Below are positions 46,739-56,930 of a DNA stretch of 64,000 bases, piece after piece. The stretch spans positions 128,001-192,000 of the forward strand of contig JBHLRZ010000002.1 in NCBI GenBank assembly GCA_048882045.1, in the 5' to 3' direction. The stretch comes from Candidatus Thorarchaeota archaeon (GTDB lineage: Archaea; Asgardarchaeota; Thorarchaeia; Thorarchaeales; Thorarchaeaceae). The first letter of the stretch is position 1, and each line of letters starts with the position of its first letter. The notes under the pieces are model-generated. The model saw only the letters and a list, made by a program, of their open reading frames with translations. It did no database searches and had not been told where the DNA came from. The position numbers were made by a program, and so were the translations under genes.

Positions 46739-49105
46739 ATGCAGTCTGATAGGGTCAGGCGATTACGCAAGCAGAGTGTGGGCACAAGACCCTACATTTC
46801 TACAGAGCGCGCTGAGCTACTGACAGATTTCTATCAGAGTGGGGGTGCGGACATGGTTTCTACACCTGTGGCTCGTGCTCTTGCATTCAAACACCTGTTG
46901 GAGAACAAGACAATCTGCATCAACGAAGGTGAACTCATTGTTGGAGAGAGAGGTCCTGCACCGAGAGCGTCACCCACCTATCCCGAGCTGTGTTGTCACA
47001 CCCTCGAAGACCTTGACATAGCAAACTCTCGTGAGAGAACACCATTTCTATTGAGTGAGGAAGCCAGGAATACATACCGCGACGAAATCATCCCGTATTG
47101 GACAGGCCGCACAATGCGTGAACGAGTATTCGAGGCTATGTCTGATGAGTGGATGGCAGCCTTCGATGCTGGTGTTTTCACGGAGTTCATGGAGCAACGA
47201 GCTCCTGGCCATGCCATCCTAGACGACAAGATATACCAAGGAGGTTTCTTGAATTTCATTGATGCTATCGAAGAACACATGTCCAGGCTCGATTTCTTCA
47301 ATGACTCCAAAGCCTATGACAAGGAACAAGAACTCATAGCCATGAAGATTTCAGCTGAAGCAGTGATAGACTTCGCTAAACGTCACGCTGAAATGGCGCA
47401 CGAGCTTGCAGCAGAGGAAAAGGACAAAGACAGGAAGGAGGAACTCCTCCGCATCGCTGATGTATGCAATCATGTACCAGCAAATGCACCACGTAACTTC
47501 TGGGAAGCTCTCCAATCCTATTGGTTTGTGCATCTGGGAGTCATTATCGAACTGAACGTCTGGGACAGTTTCAACCCTGGTAGGCTTGATCTAAACCTAA
47601 TTCCATTCTATGAGAAAGAGGTTGAGAATGGAACCCTCACCAGTGACTTTGCAAAGGAACTCCTACAATGTTTTTGGATCAAGTTCAACAATCAGCCAGC
47701 ACCATTGAAGGTATCAATCACTGAACAACAGAGTGGGACCTACCAGGACTTTGCCCTGATTAACACAGGGGGTCTTGACCAAGAAGGAAAAGATGCAGTC
47801 AATGAGTTGTCCTATCTCATTCTTGAAGTGTGCAACGAGATGCGGCTTATTCAGCCCAGTGTTTGCATTCAGCTGAGTACTAAGAATCCAGAGAGTTTCC
47901 TAGAGAGCGCTGTCGATGTAGTCAAAGAAGGCTTTGGGCAACCGTCGCTATTCAATACCGATGTGATCATCAAAGAGTTTGTCCGCGCTGGGAAATCCAT
48001 TGAGGATGCCCGTGCCGGAGGTCCCAGTGGTTGCGTCACAATAAGCGCATTTGGAAAAGAGAGCTGTATCCTGACTGGATATTGTAACTGGCCAAAGATA
48101 CTGGAGATTGCCCTGCATAATGGAATTGATCCACATACTGGAAAAAGGGTAGGTCCAGAAACTGGTAATCCAACCGAGTTCATGTCATTCGATGACATGC
48201 TTGATGCCTACAAGAAACAGCTCGAATATTTCATTGACCTAAAGATCAAGGGCAACAACATAATTGAACGACTCTATGCGGAGTATATGCCTGCACCCTT
48301 TATGTCACTCTTATTTGACGACTGTATCGCAAGAGGCAGAGATTACCATGACGGTGGTCCTCGATATAACTCCACATACATTCAGGGAGTTGGAATGGGT
48401 ACAATCTCAGACTCGCTATCTGCTATCAAGTATCATGTCTTTGAAAAGAAGCATTTCACAATGAAAGAGCTGCTTGAGGGTCTCCGGACCGATTTCAAGG
48501 ACAATGAGGTCATGAGAATGACTCTCCTCAAGAAGACGCCAAAATATGGCAATGACGACGATTTTGCAGACAAGCTAGCAAAAGATGTCTTTGACACATA
48601 CTTCGATCTCATCGACGGTCGTCCCAATACCAAGGGTGGCGAGTATCGTGTGAATCTACTCCCCACCACTGTACATGTATACTTTGGACAGATGACAGGA
48701 GCGACTCCGAATGGGAGGAATGCTGGGGCTCCCCTCTCCGATGGAATCTCTCCAAGTCACGGTGCAGACATTAATGGTCCAACTGCAGTCATCAAGTCTG
48801 TTGCTAAGATTGACCACTGGAAGACCGGAGGAACGTTGCTCAACCAGAAATTCATGCCTGAGGTCTTGGCTGATGTTGAAGGTCGAAAGAAACTTGGAGA
48901 TCTCGTAAGAACATACTTCAAATTGGGTGGACATCATATTCAGTTCAATGTAGTAAGGGCTGAAACATTACGAGATGCCCAGAAGAGCCCTGAACTTTTC
49001 CAAGATCTAATTGTGCGTGTGGCAGGGTATAGTGACTACTTTGTAAACATAGGAAAGGACCTGCAGAACGAGATTATTGCACGTACAGAGCAGCGAAGTA
49101 TCTGA
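46739..49105 (+). CDS. Glycyl radical enzyme, HypD (hydroxyproline dehydratase)-like
   Basis: FTEFMEQRAPGH, ELNVWDSFNPGRLD, KFNNQPAP, SGCVT, LPTT, RVAGYS. Confidence 0.88.
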   Translation: MQSDRVRRLRKQSVGTRPYISTERAELLTDFYQSGGADMVSTPVARALAFKHLLENKTICINEGELIVGERGPAPRASPTYPELCCHTLEDLDIANSRERTPFLLSEEARNTYRDEIIPYWTGRTMRERVFEAMSDEWMAAFDAGVFTEFMEQRAPGHAILDDKIYQGGFLNFIDAIEEHMSRLDFFNDSKAYDKEQELIAMKISAEAVIDFAKRHAEMAHELAAEEKDKDRKEELLRIADVCNHVPANAPRNFWEALQSYWFVHLGVIIELNVWDSFNPGRLDLNLIPFYEKEVENGTLTSDFAKELLQCFWIKFNNQPAPLKVSITEQQSGTYQDFALINTGGLDQEGKDAVNELSYLILEVCNEMRLIQPSVCIQLSTKNPESFLESAVDVVKEGFGQPSLFNTDVIIKEFVRAGKSIEDARAGGPSGCVTISAFGKESCILTGYCNWPKILEIALHNGIDPHTGKRVGPETGNPTEFMSFDDMLDAYKKQLEYFIDLKIKGNNIIERLYAEYMPAPFMSLLFDDCIARGRDYHDGGPRYNSTYIQGVGMGTISDSLSAIKYHVFEKKHFTMKELLEGLRTDFKDNEVMRMTLLKKTPKYGNDDDFADKLAKDVFDTYFDLIDGRPNTKGGEYRVNLLPTTVHVYFGQMTGATPNGRNAGAPLSDGISPSHGADINGPTAVIKSVAKIDHWKTGGTLLNQKFMPEVLADVEGRKKLGDLVRTYFKLGGHHIQFNVVRAETLRDAQKSPELFQDLIVRVAGYSDYFVNIGKDLQNEIIARTEQRSI

Positions 49106-49248
49106 ACAGGCTAACTTGGTCAGTAGGCAAATCTTAAAAACACACTTCGACTCGGCTCGCGGTGTAGTACGAATAGCCTAGTGGTGTATCTATTCGATTA
49201 CATGTTGATTTCATACCACGAAGGCTGCAAAACTACAGGTGACAGAAA

Positions 49249-50256
49249 ATGGCACATAGGAAGAAGAATGCTCCTAGACGAGGTAGTCTTGCTTACTTAC
49301 CACGAGGAAGAGCATCGAAATTCGTACCAAGAATCAAGAATTGGCCTTCTTATGATGGTAGTTCTCCCAAACTACTTGGTTTCGTCGGCTATAAGGCCGG
49401 AATGACCCATGCAGTGATGACTATTGAGAATCCAAATAGTCCATTCAAAGGTCAGGAAACTGTAGTTCCAGTCACAGTCATCGACACTCCACCGATTCGA
49501 CCATTCTCTATCCGAGGATATGAGGCAACTAGCTATGGTCTGAAACTGGTCACAGAGGTGCTCGCTGAAACCTTAGCTGAGGACCTCCGAAAGGCAATGC
49601 CTTTTCCAAAAGAATACGACCATGGAGCAAAGATGAAGGAGTTCGAGGAGAAGCTGGACTCACTTGCAGAGATCCGGATGCTTATCCACACTCAACCCCG
49701 ACTTGCGGGAGTACCAAAGAAGAAGCCTGACATTACTGAGTACAAAGTAGGCGCCTCTAGTGTTGCCGAAGCTTTTGAGTATGCTAAGAACATCCTTGGC
49801 ACAGACATTCGTGTTGCAGACGTCATAGATGAAGGAATCCTGGTTGACAGCATCGCAGTCACCAAAGGTCACGGATTCCAAGGTCCTGTAAGACGATGGG
49901 GAATTCGTATTCTCCAACACAAATCCCGAAAAACAAAGAGAGGTGTGGGTTGTATCGGTCCATGGACTCCTACAAACATCAGATACTCTGTCCCTAGACC
50001 TGGACAGACTGGATTCCATACTCGAACAAGCTTCAACAACAAGGTCATGAAAATGGGAGAGCGTGGTGAGGAAATCACACCCTCTGGAGGTTTTGTGAAC
50101 TACGGCGTGATACGTGGCGACTACATAATGCTTCATGGATCTGTCCCTGGTACAGTAAAGAGACCAGTGCGAATCAGATTTGCAATCCGTCCTAGTAAGG
50201 GACACGTGGATGCACCACCCCAGGTGAGTTACATCAGCACGTCTTCAAAGCAGTAG
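49249..50256 (+). CDS. rpl3: 50S ribosomal protein L3
   Basis: PRRGSLAYLPR, GYKAGMTH, TKGHGFQGPV. Confidence 0.97.
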   Translation: MAHRKKNAPRRGSLAYLPRGRASKFVPRIKNWPSYDGSSPKLLGFVGYKAGMTHAVMTIENPNSPFKGQETVVPVTVIDTPPIRPFSIRGYEATSYGLKLVTEVLAETLAEDLRKAMPFPKEYDHGAKMKEFEEKLDSLAEIRMLIHTQPRLAGVPKKKPDITEYKVGASSVAEAFEYAKNILGTDIRVADVIDEGILVDSIAVTKGHGFQGPVRRWGIRILQHKSRKTKRGVGCIGPWTPTNIRYSVPRPGQTGFHTRTSFNNKVMKMGERGEEITPSGGFVNYGVIRGDYIMLHGSVPGTVKRPVRIRFAIRPSKGHVDAPPQVSYISTSSKQ

Positions 50257-50270
50257 GGAGTTGAATATAC

Positions 50271-51062
50271 ATGACAGTTGTGAAAGCATTTACATTGAAG
50301 GGCAAGACAATCAAGGAGAGAGTTACACTCCCTGCCCATTTTGATACTCCCTATCGTCCAGATGTCATTAAGAGGGCAGTACTGGCGATCCAGTCACGCA
50401 GACGTCAACCACATGGTGTAGACGAGTTGGCTGGAAAACGCAACACTGCACAGAGCTGGCAGACTGGACATGGCAGATCACGAATGCCCCGAGTGAAAGG
50501 AAGTGGTACAAGCGCAGCAAACAAGGCTGCTTTTGCACCAGGAACAGTAGGTGGTCGTCAAGCCCATCCTCCTGAAGCACGCAAGGTACTCATTGAACGC
50601 ATAAACACGAAGGAAAACCGACTTGCAATTCGTTCTGCGATAGCAGCATCTGCAAACCCAGAATTTGTCAAGGCAAGAGGTCACAAGATAGACAATGTCC
50701 CACAGATCCCAATGGTCGTGAGTGACAAGTTGGAGTCTGTGACTACGACAAAAGAGGTCTTTGAAACCCTCATACTCCTCGGTTTAGGAGATGATCTTGA
50801 CAGGGCCAATAACGGTCGTAACGTCAGGGCTGGCAAAGGCAAGATGCGCGGTCGGAAGATGAAGACTCCCAAATCACTGCTGATTGTAGTTGGCTCCGAC
50901 TCGGGGGTTAGTAAAGCCGCTCGCAATCTTCCTGGAGTCGACATCACAGAAGTTCACAGTCTGAATGCTGAGCTTCTGGCTCCTGGAACACATCCTGGTC
51001 GCCTGGTGGTCTGGACAAGGTCCGCCATCAGCAGGCTGGAGAAGGAGAACCTGTTTGTCTGA
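50271..51062 (+). CDS. rpl4: 50S ribosomal protein L4
   Basis: RPDVIKRA, GGRQAHPP, RAGKGKMRGR, LAPGTHPGRL. Confidence 0.97.
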   Translation: MTVVKAFTLKGKTIKERVTLPAHFDTPYRPDVIKRAVLAIQSRRRQPHGVDELAGKRNTAQSWQTGHGRSRMPRVKGSGTSAANKAAFAPGTVGGRQAHPPEARKVLIERINTKENRLAIRSAIAASANPEFVKARGHKIDNVPQIPMVVSDKLESVTTTKEVFETLILLGLGDDLDRANNGRNVRAGKGKMRGRKMKTPKSLLIVVGSDSGVSKAARNLPGVDITEVHSLNAELLAPGTHPGRLVVWTRSAISRLEKENLFV

Positions 51063-51071
51063 GGTGAGGAA

Positions 51072-51335
51072 ATGAGAGATCCGAATGAAATCATTATCAG
51101 ACCTGTCGTGACGGAAGCTAGTCTTGAGGCTGTGGATGAGGAGAACAAGCTAATCTTCTATGTGGTCCGAACAGCGAACAAGAACACGATCAAATGGGCG
51201 GTCGAAACACTATACGAAGTCGTTGTTGAGAAAGTCAACACTCTGATAATGCCTGATGGAAAGAAGAAAGCATTAGTCAGACTAGCACCGGAGTACAGTG
51301 CCGCAGAGGTTGCGACAAACCTCGGGATATTCTAA
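51072..51335 (+). CDS. rpl23: 50S ribosomal protein L23
   Basis: PVVTE, KVNTLI, KKALVRL. Confidence 0.96.
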   Translation: MRDPNEIIIRPVVTEASLEAVDEENKLIFYVVRTANKNTIKWAVETLYEVVVEKVNTLIMPDGKKKALVRLAPEYSAAEVATNLGIF

Positions 51336-51347
51336 GGAGGTCTTTGA

Positions 51348-52067
51348 ATGGGTAGAAGAATTCTGGTCCAGCGTAAAGGTCGTGGGACAACTCAGTGGAG
51401 GTCTCCACGCCACAAGAAGATAGCTCCAGCAAGGCATCCCAAATGGGCACCAAATAAGACCTACGTGGGCACAATCATTAACCTGCACCATGAATCAGGC
51501 AGAGGTGCTCCTCTTGCAGAGGTACGTTACGAAGGTGAATCAAAAATCCACTTTATGGTGGCACCCGAGGGAGCTCAGGTCGGTCAGATAATCGAGTGTG
51601 GTGAAGATGCTTCACTTGCAAACGGCAACACTCTGATACTCGAGCACATTCCTGAAGGAACCCCTGTCTACAACATCGAGGGAAGTCCTGGTGACGGAGG
51701 TAAATATGTGAAATCATCTGGACTTGCAGCGACAATCGTGTCCATTGACAAGACTAAGGCAATGGTACGTCTACCAAGCGGCAGACAGAAGGCTTTCAGT
51801 CCACGCTGTCGAGCCACAATAGGTATCGTAGCTGGTGGTGGTCGGCAGGAGAAGCCATTCTTAAAGGCTGGTGCAGTCTGGCACCACACCCGTGGAAAGG
51901 CGCGAAAGTGGCCTGTTGTCCGAGGTGCTGCTATGAATGCTGCATCACATCCACATGGTGGTGGTTCTCACCAATCACCTGGCAGACCAAGCACTGTCAG
52001 TAGACATGCTCCGCCCGGTCGTAAGGTGGGTAATATTGCAGCTAGGCGTACTGGTCGCAAGAAGTAG
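51348..52067 (+). CDS. rpl2: 50S ribosomal protein L2
   Basis: QRKGRG, WPVVRGAAMN..HPHGGG, IAARRTG. Confidence 0.97.
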   Translation: MGRRILVQRKGRGTTQWRSPRHKKIAPARHPKWAPNKTYVGTIINLHHESGRGAPLAEVRYEGESKIHFMVAPEGAQVGQIIECGEDASLANGNTLILEHIPEGTPVYNIEGSPGDGGKYVKSSGLAATIVSIDKTKAMVRLPSGRQKAFSPRCRATIGIVAGGGRQEKPFLKAGAVWHHTRGKARKWPVVRGAAMNAASHPHGGGSHQSPGRPSTVSRHAPPGRKVGNIAARRTGRKK

Positions 52068-52079
52068 AAAATCTAGAGC

Positions 52080-52115
52080 AGAAGAGAGTTCGCTCTCTTC
52101 TTTCCTCCTCTTTTT
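52080..52115 (+). terminator. Hairpin plus pyrimidine tract after rpl2
   Basis: AGAAGAGAG-TTCG-CTCTCTTCT followed by TTCCTCCTCTTTTT. Confidence 0.7.
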
Positions 52116-52192
52116 GAGATACATGTTGACAATCGCTGGGTAATACATGGAATGATATCTCTCTATGACGCCAGTGCTATTGAGGACTAGAC

Positions 52193-52378
52193 ATGCGTCT
52201 CATAGCGGTACACTTGCCTGAGAAAATAGTTGAAGATATTCAACGCTTGGTGGACAAAGGTCTCTATCCCAACAGATCCGAGGCTATTCGGAATGCCATC
52301 CGAGATCTGTTGAAACGTGAGCTATGGGAGTCCAGTATGAATACAAGCGGTAGGATGAGTGAGGTCATCGGACAATGA
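52193..52378 (+). CDS. cdrS: Ribbon-helix-helix cell-division regulator CdrS
   Basis: LVDKGLYPNRSEAIRNAIRDLL; overlaps the ftsZ start. Confidence 0.85.
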   Translation: MRLIAVHLPEKIVEDIQRLVDKGLYPNRSEAIRNAIRDLLKRELWESSMNTSGRMSEVIGQ

Positions 52379-53634
52379 AATCATTGATTGATGCTGCACG
52401 TGAGCATAGCCGTGGAGAGCGTATTCATTCCACTGGTCGTGACATGGGTCAAGCCCGTATCGTTGTAGTAGGTTGTGGTGGTGCTGGTAACAATACTGTA
52501 AAACGGCTAATGACAATCGGTGTACAGGGTGCAGAGTGCATTGCAATTAACACTGACCGTCAGCACCTTGCTGTCACAACCGCTCATCGTAAACTCTTGA
52601 TTGGTGAACGGATTACACGAGGCCTAGGAGCAGGTGGATATCCTCACGTTGGAAGAGCAGCTGCTGAAGAGTCAACTGGTCAATTGACTGAACTTTTGCG
52701 GGACGCTGATTTGGTCTTCATTGCTGCAGGAATGGGTGGAGGTACTGGTACAGGCAGTGCTCCTGTAGTGGCCGAGATTGCCAAGAACAGTGATGCAATC
52801 GTAGTTGGTGTCATCACCATGCCATTTAGTCTAGAGAGAACTCGAATCGACAAGGCAAAGGCTGGTCTCGCACGTCTACAAGAGAATGTAGACACTGCAG
52901 TTGTGATTGACAACCAGAAGCTCATGGAGCTAGTTCCAGATCTACCCCTTGAGGAAGCCTTTGGTGTTGCAGATGAGGTCCTTGCAAACATGGTGAAAGG
53001 AATAACTGAAACCATTACCATGCCTAGTCTGATCAATCTTGACTATGCTGATGTTCGGTCTATCATCTGCAACGGAGGGGTCGCGTTAGTTGGACTTGGA
53101 GAGGCAACAGGTGCGGACCGTGCAAATGAGGCAATAAAGAATGCCTTGAATAGTCCGCTGCTTGAGGTTGAATGGAGCGGAGCTACAGGTGCCTTAATCC
53201 ATATCACAGGAGGTCCAGATATGAGTCTAGCAGAGTCCAACAAGGTTGGCGAGTTGGTTTCTGAGAAGATGAGCACAGAAGCCAACGTAATCTGGGGCGC
53301 CAGAGTTGATCCAAGACTTAGTGGAGTCCTTCGAGTGATGCTCATTCTTACAGGAGTAAAGAGTCCTCAGCTGCTTCCAAGATCAAAAGAAGAGAGAAAA
53401 TTCTCGACAACCACAAAGAGGCTTGCTGAGTATGGAATAATTAGTTCTCAGTCCTCCATGCTAGGATCAAAAGAGGCCAGAGCACGTGCGTTCGGCAAGA
53501 CTCCCGAAAATACAGAACGGTCTTGGGAGGATCGACTCAAACCTTTAGAGAGAACTCTTGCTCGAAAACAGCCAAAGAGCGAAGATCTCAAGAAGAGAGA
53601 GATCGACGAACTAGGTCTTCGACGCCTCCTATAG
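52375..53634 (+). CDS. ftsZ: Cell division protein FtsZ (FtsZ2-type context)
   Basis: [25 protein letters not shown]; cdrS linkage. Confidence 0.96.
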   Translation: MKSLIDAAREHSRGERIHSTGRDMGQARIVVVGCGGAGNNTVKRLMTIGVQGAECIAINTDRQHLAVTTAHRKLLIGERITRGLGAGGYPHVGRAAAEESTGQLTELLRDADLVFIAAGMGGGTGTGSAPVVAEIAKNSDAIVVGVITMPFSLERTRIDKAKAGLARLQENVDTAVVIDNQKLMELVPDLPLEEAFGVADEVLANMVKGITETITMPSLINLDYADVRSIICNGGVALVGLGEATGADRANEAIKNALNSPLLEVEWSGATGALIHITGGPDMSLAESNKVGELVSEKMSTEANVIWGARVDPRLSGVLRVMLILTGVKSPQLLPRSKEERKFSTTTKRLAEYGIISSQSSMLGSKEARARAFGKTPENTERSWEDRLKPLERTLARKQPKSEDLKKREIDELGLRRLL

Positions 53635-53731
53635 CTCTAGTGGGGTTATCCGTCGCAGCGAAAAACCTCGTTACACCTAATCTTGACTCAGGTAGTGTTT
53701 CGTTCACATGCTCATATGTTCATGGTAATTA

Positions 53732-54163
53732 CTATACGAGACCGTGTTCTTTCAGCCAGTCATCTGCAATAACTGCGACTCGCTCATAGAGAGGTCCAGT
53801 TCCTTCAATTCCATCCTTAGAGATTCTGATTTTGTTCATAACCAAGATTATCCCTGTGTCTGGATAAAATTGAACACCTCCGGGAGGAAATGTTTTCTCT
53901 AGCTCCTTGGCAAGTCCTTCTAGACTGACTTCTTTCTCAGCAACTGAGAATGAAACAATGCTATTTCCATAGATGAATATCTTTGGAATGCTTGTTTCGC
54001 CATCAGCAACAACTTCTGAGAGTACAATGCTCAAAGTGTTTTGATCAATGCCTTTCAGAGTTCCTGCATAGGTCTTACCGGTGTTAATCACCACTTCTAC
54101 TGTTGCGCCAACAACTGCTGCCAATTCGCGGTTGAAGGCTCTCATCGCTGCGACATCAGACAT
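53732..54163 (-). CDS. Sm/Lsm protein with C-terminal extension (SmAP3-type)
   Basis: GKTYAGTLKGID..IVL..IYGNSI plus C-terminal domain GTGPLYERV. Confidence 0.85.
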   Translation of the reverse strand: MSDVAAMRAFNRELAAVVGATVEVVINTGKTYAGTLKGIDQNTLSIVLSEVVADGETSIPKIFIYGNSIVSFSVAEKEVSLEGLAKELEKTFPPGGVQFYPDTGIILVMNKIRISKDGIEGTGPLYERVAVIADDWLKEHGLV

Positions 54164-54325
54164 TTAGTTTCACCACTAAAGCAATCTAATTCAGAATGGT
54201 GGGCAAAGTCAAGTCGTTTTAAAATTGGTGCTAGCACGGTCTTTCCCTTTTTTGCAATCTATTGGTGCTTAAATTGTACTTGCAGACACTCCATCACAGT
54301 TCATACTAGAGTAGAGGCCAAATAT

Positions 54326-55261
54326 ATGGCAACAACACAAGTTCAAGAAACAACGAAGGAATCCAATATTCCTGTTTCAATAAATACCTGGAAATCCATT
54401 GGCCTTGTCAAGTTAGGAGGAATCATGCTATCTATTGCTGTGGTCTGGCGTATCGTGGACCAGTTCATACTTGGCCTAGGAGGTACGTGGTTGAACATAT
54501 TTCCTTCAAAGCTATTTCCGTTTCTGATAATCTTCGGGTTCTTCTGGAGGTTCAGACCAAATGATATTGGCTCTGTCCTTGGACTCTCACGTGACAATGT
54601 CAGATCCAATCTCGCATTTGGTCTGCTAGTTGGTGTCCTAATCTCAGTGGGAATTGATTTCGGAGGGACTATCATCTATGCACTCCTGATTGATTCCACA
54701 TATCCAGTTCAGCTCCATATCCTCAATGAAGGACTACTCGGATACATGTTCATCTTCTTCTTGACTAATGCGTTTCTCGAAGAAACTCTGTTTCGGGGAC
54801 TTCTGATTAACGGTTTCAAAACCCGTTTTACACCCAATATGTCAATACTGCTATCCGCCATTATTTTTGGTGTGTGGCATGCTGGATGGCCCATCATCAA
54901 TGGTGGAGAGGGTGTTGTTCTTCAGGTAGCCTCAATGGTCTTCTTCACCACAATCCTCGGTATTTTCTTTGGATTATACTATTTGAAGTTCAATTCTGGA
55001 CTCTCACTCGTTGGACCGATTGTTGTTCATACAATCATCAACTTCGTCAGTGAATGCTTCAAGATTGGTCCTGAACCAGTAATCCAAGGTCCTGACCTAG
55101 TTTTTGCCAATAGTGGTCTCATGTCTGCCACACTTCTGATGTTCCTCTTCACATTCATTCCCCTGAGTCTTTTGCTCTCGAGGTCCAGAATGGAACAGGT
55201 CCTCAACATGTGGCTGAAAGTAAGAGGTAAAGAAAACGAAGAAACAACTCTGAGAATATGA
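54326..55261 (+). CDS. CPBP (CAAX protease/Abi) intramembrane protease
   Basis: EETLFRG, FGVWH, HTIIN. Confidence 0.88.
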   Translation: MATTQVQETTKESNIPVSINTWKSIGLVKLGGIMLSIAVVWRIVDQFILGLGGTWLNIFPSKLFPFLIIFGFFWRFRPNDIGSVLGLSRDNVRSNLAFGLLVGVLISVGIDFGGTIIYALLIDSTYPVQLHILNEGLLGYMFIFFLTNAFLEETLFRGLLINGFKTRFTPNMSILLSAIIFGVWHAGWPIINGGEGVVLQVASMVFFTTILGIFFGLYYLKFNSGLSLVGPIVVHTIINFVSECFKIGPEPVIQGPDLVFANSGLMSATLLMFLFTFIPLSLLLSRSRMEQVLNMWLKVRGKENEETTLRI

Positions 55262-55292
55262 TAATAAACAAACATAGTGAGGTTTAGAAAAA

Positions 55293-55988
55293 ATGCAAAT
55301 AGGAACAGACTTGGTGGTTCTCTCGAGTATATCTACTGTATTCATTTCTGCAGTGATTGGAACATACCTAGGCCGGAAATGGTACTTGCAACAAGTTCGG
55401 CTTCTCACAGACCTTCCCTTAGTCTTTGCAATCGCATTTGTGAGTCAAGCATTCAACATCACGATACTGACATTTCAACACATAGGACTACTAGAAGCAA
55501 CCATGATATTCTTTCGAATCAGGTCAGTTACCATTGGTCTGTCAATCACCCCAATTCTTGGAGCATTACTCCAGATTTGGGCGCCTCGTATACAAAAGTA
55601 TCACAACAAGCTCGTCTATCTGCTTACATTGTACTGGATATCATTAGCTCTATTCGGAACAACAGAAGAACTGATCATGATAACGACCATTCCTGTGATG
55701 ATAGTTCTGGGAATCATGATGATGTTTACCTTCATCATCACCTGGAGAACAGGGCGTCTGAAGGAGGTCCGAAGTGAACTCATGATAGTATCCGTACTCT
55801 TCGGAATGGCCAGTCAGATACTCCGAGTGCCTCTCATGACTACATCACTCTTCTACGTGCCGGATGTGCTACTGACGATATCAATGCTCGTCACAGCAAT
55901 TGCACTCGCTAATCCCTGGTATCATAAAGAAGTTCGAATTGAGAGAGAAGAAACTCCACCAATGGTTTCTAGCTACGAATCCTACTGA
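55293..55988 (+). CDS. Polytopic (~7 TM) membrane protein
   Basis: About seven hydrophobic segments. Confidence 0.7.
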   Translation: MQIGTDLVVLSSISTVFISAVIGTYLGRKWYLQQVRLLTDLPLVFAIAFVSQAFNITILTFQHIGLLEATMIFFRIRSVTIGLSITPILGALLQIWAPRIQKYHNKLVYLLTLYWISLALFGTTEELIMITTIPVMIVLGIMMMFTFIITWRTGRLKEVRSELMIVSVLFGMASQILRVPLMTTSLFYVPDVLLTISMLVTAIALANPWYHKEVRIEREETPPMVSSYESY

Positions 55989-56102
55989 ATAACTTTGAAG
56001 GGATGTACTGTCAGAATCCACTGGTGGTCATTCCTATGAGTTAGTCCTCTAGGGAATCGGTTATTAGTCTCCCATTCAGCAGCTGGACTGGGTGTCAGGC
56101 TA

Positions 56103-56930
56103 ATGGTTTCCCAGAAACACTTTGCACGGCATTATCTAAGAGAAGAAACACTCCCATCCGTCTATTGTCCAGGCTGTGGGGCAGGAGAGGTCAGTTCTGC
56201 TTTTCTGAAAGCAGTCGGAGATTTGGGCCACAAGGACTTGAGCAAGTTTGCTTTTGTATCTGGTATTGGTTGTAGTGCTTGGATCCCCTCACCACACTTC
56301 AAGGCTGACACACTTCACACTACACATGGCCGAGCCATTGCCTTCGCTACAGGTCTCAAACTGGCTCAACCAGAACTGAAGGTGGTTGTAATCAGTGGTG
56401 ATGGTGACCTGGCTGCTATCGGAGGAAATCATCTCATCCATGCTGCTCGACGCAATATAGACATGACAGTCATCTGTGTGAACAATTACATCTACGGAAT
56501 GACTGGAGGACAGGTCGGTCCGACAACATTCACCGGAGACCGTACAACAACAACTCCCTACGGTAATCCAGAACGTCCATTTGATTTAGCAAGACTGGTC
56601 ACTGCGGCTGGCGCTAACTATGTAGCTAGATGGACCACTGCCCATCCTGTGCAGGCGGCTAGAGCTATTCGGACAGCTATTGAGAAGCGGGGTTTTTCTT
56701 TCATCGAAATGATATCGCAATGTCCCACAGCATATGGTCGAAGAACAAAGACTGGAGGGCCTCCAGATATGATTAAATGGTTCAAAAAACTCCCTGTCCG
56801 AAAAAAGGGGGATCCAATAGGACAGAGTGTTCCTACAAAAGAAGGCATGGACCTCGGAGTGTTTGCAGATCGAAACGAGGTTCCTTTCATTGAAACACTA
56901 GAAGCAACGTTCAGTGTAGCAAGAGAGTGA
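56103..56930 (+). CDS. korB: 2-oxoacid:ferredoxin oxidoreductase beta subunit
   Basis: YCPGCG, SGIGCS, GDGD..IGGNH, YGMTGGQ. Confidence 0.92.
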   Translation: MVSQKHFARHYLREETLPSVYCPGCGAGEVSSAFLKAVGDLGHKDLSKFAFVSGIGCSAWIPSPHFKADTLHTTHGRAIAFATGLKLAQPELKVVVISGDGDLAAIGGNHLIHAARRNIDMTVICVNNYIYGMTGGQVGPTTFTGDRTTTTPYGNPERPFDLARLVTAAGANYVARWTTAHPVQAARAIRTAIEKRGFSFIEMISQCPTAYGRRTKTGGPPDMIKWFKKLPVRKKGDPIGQSVPTKEGMDLGVFADRNEVPFIETLEATFSVARE

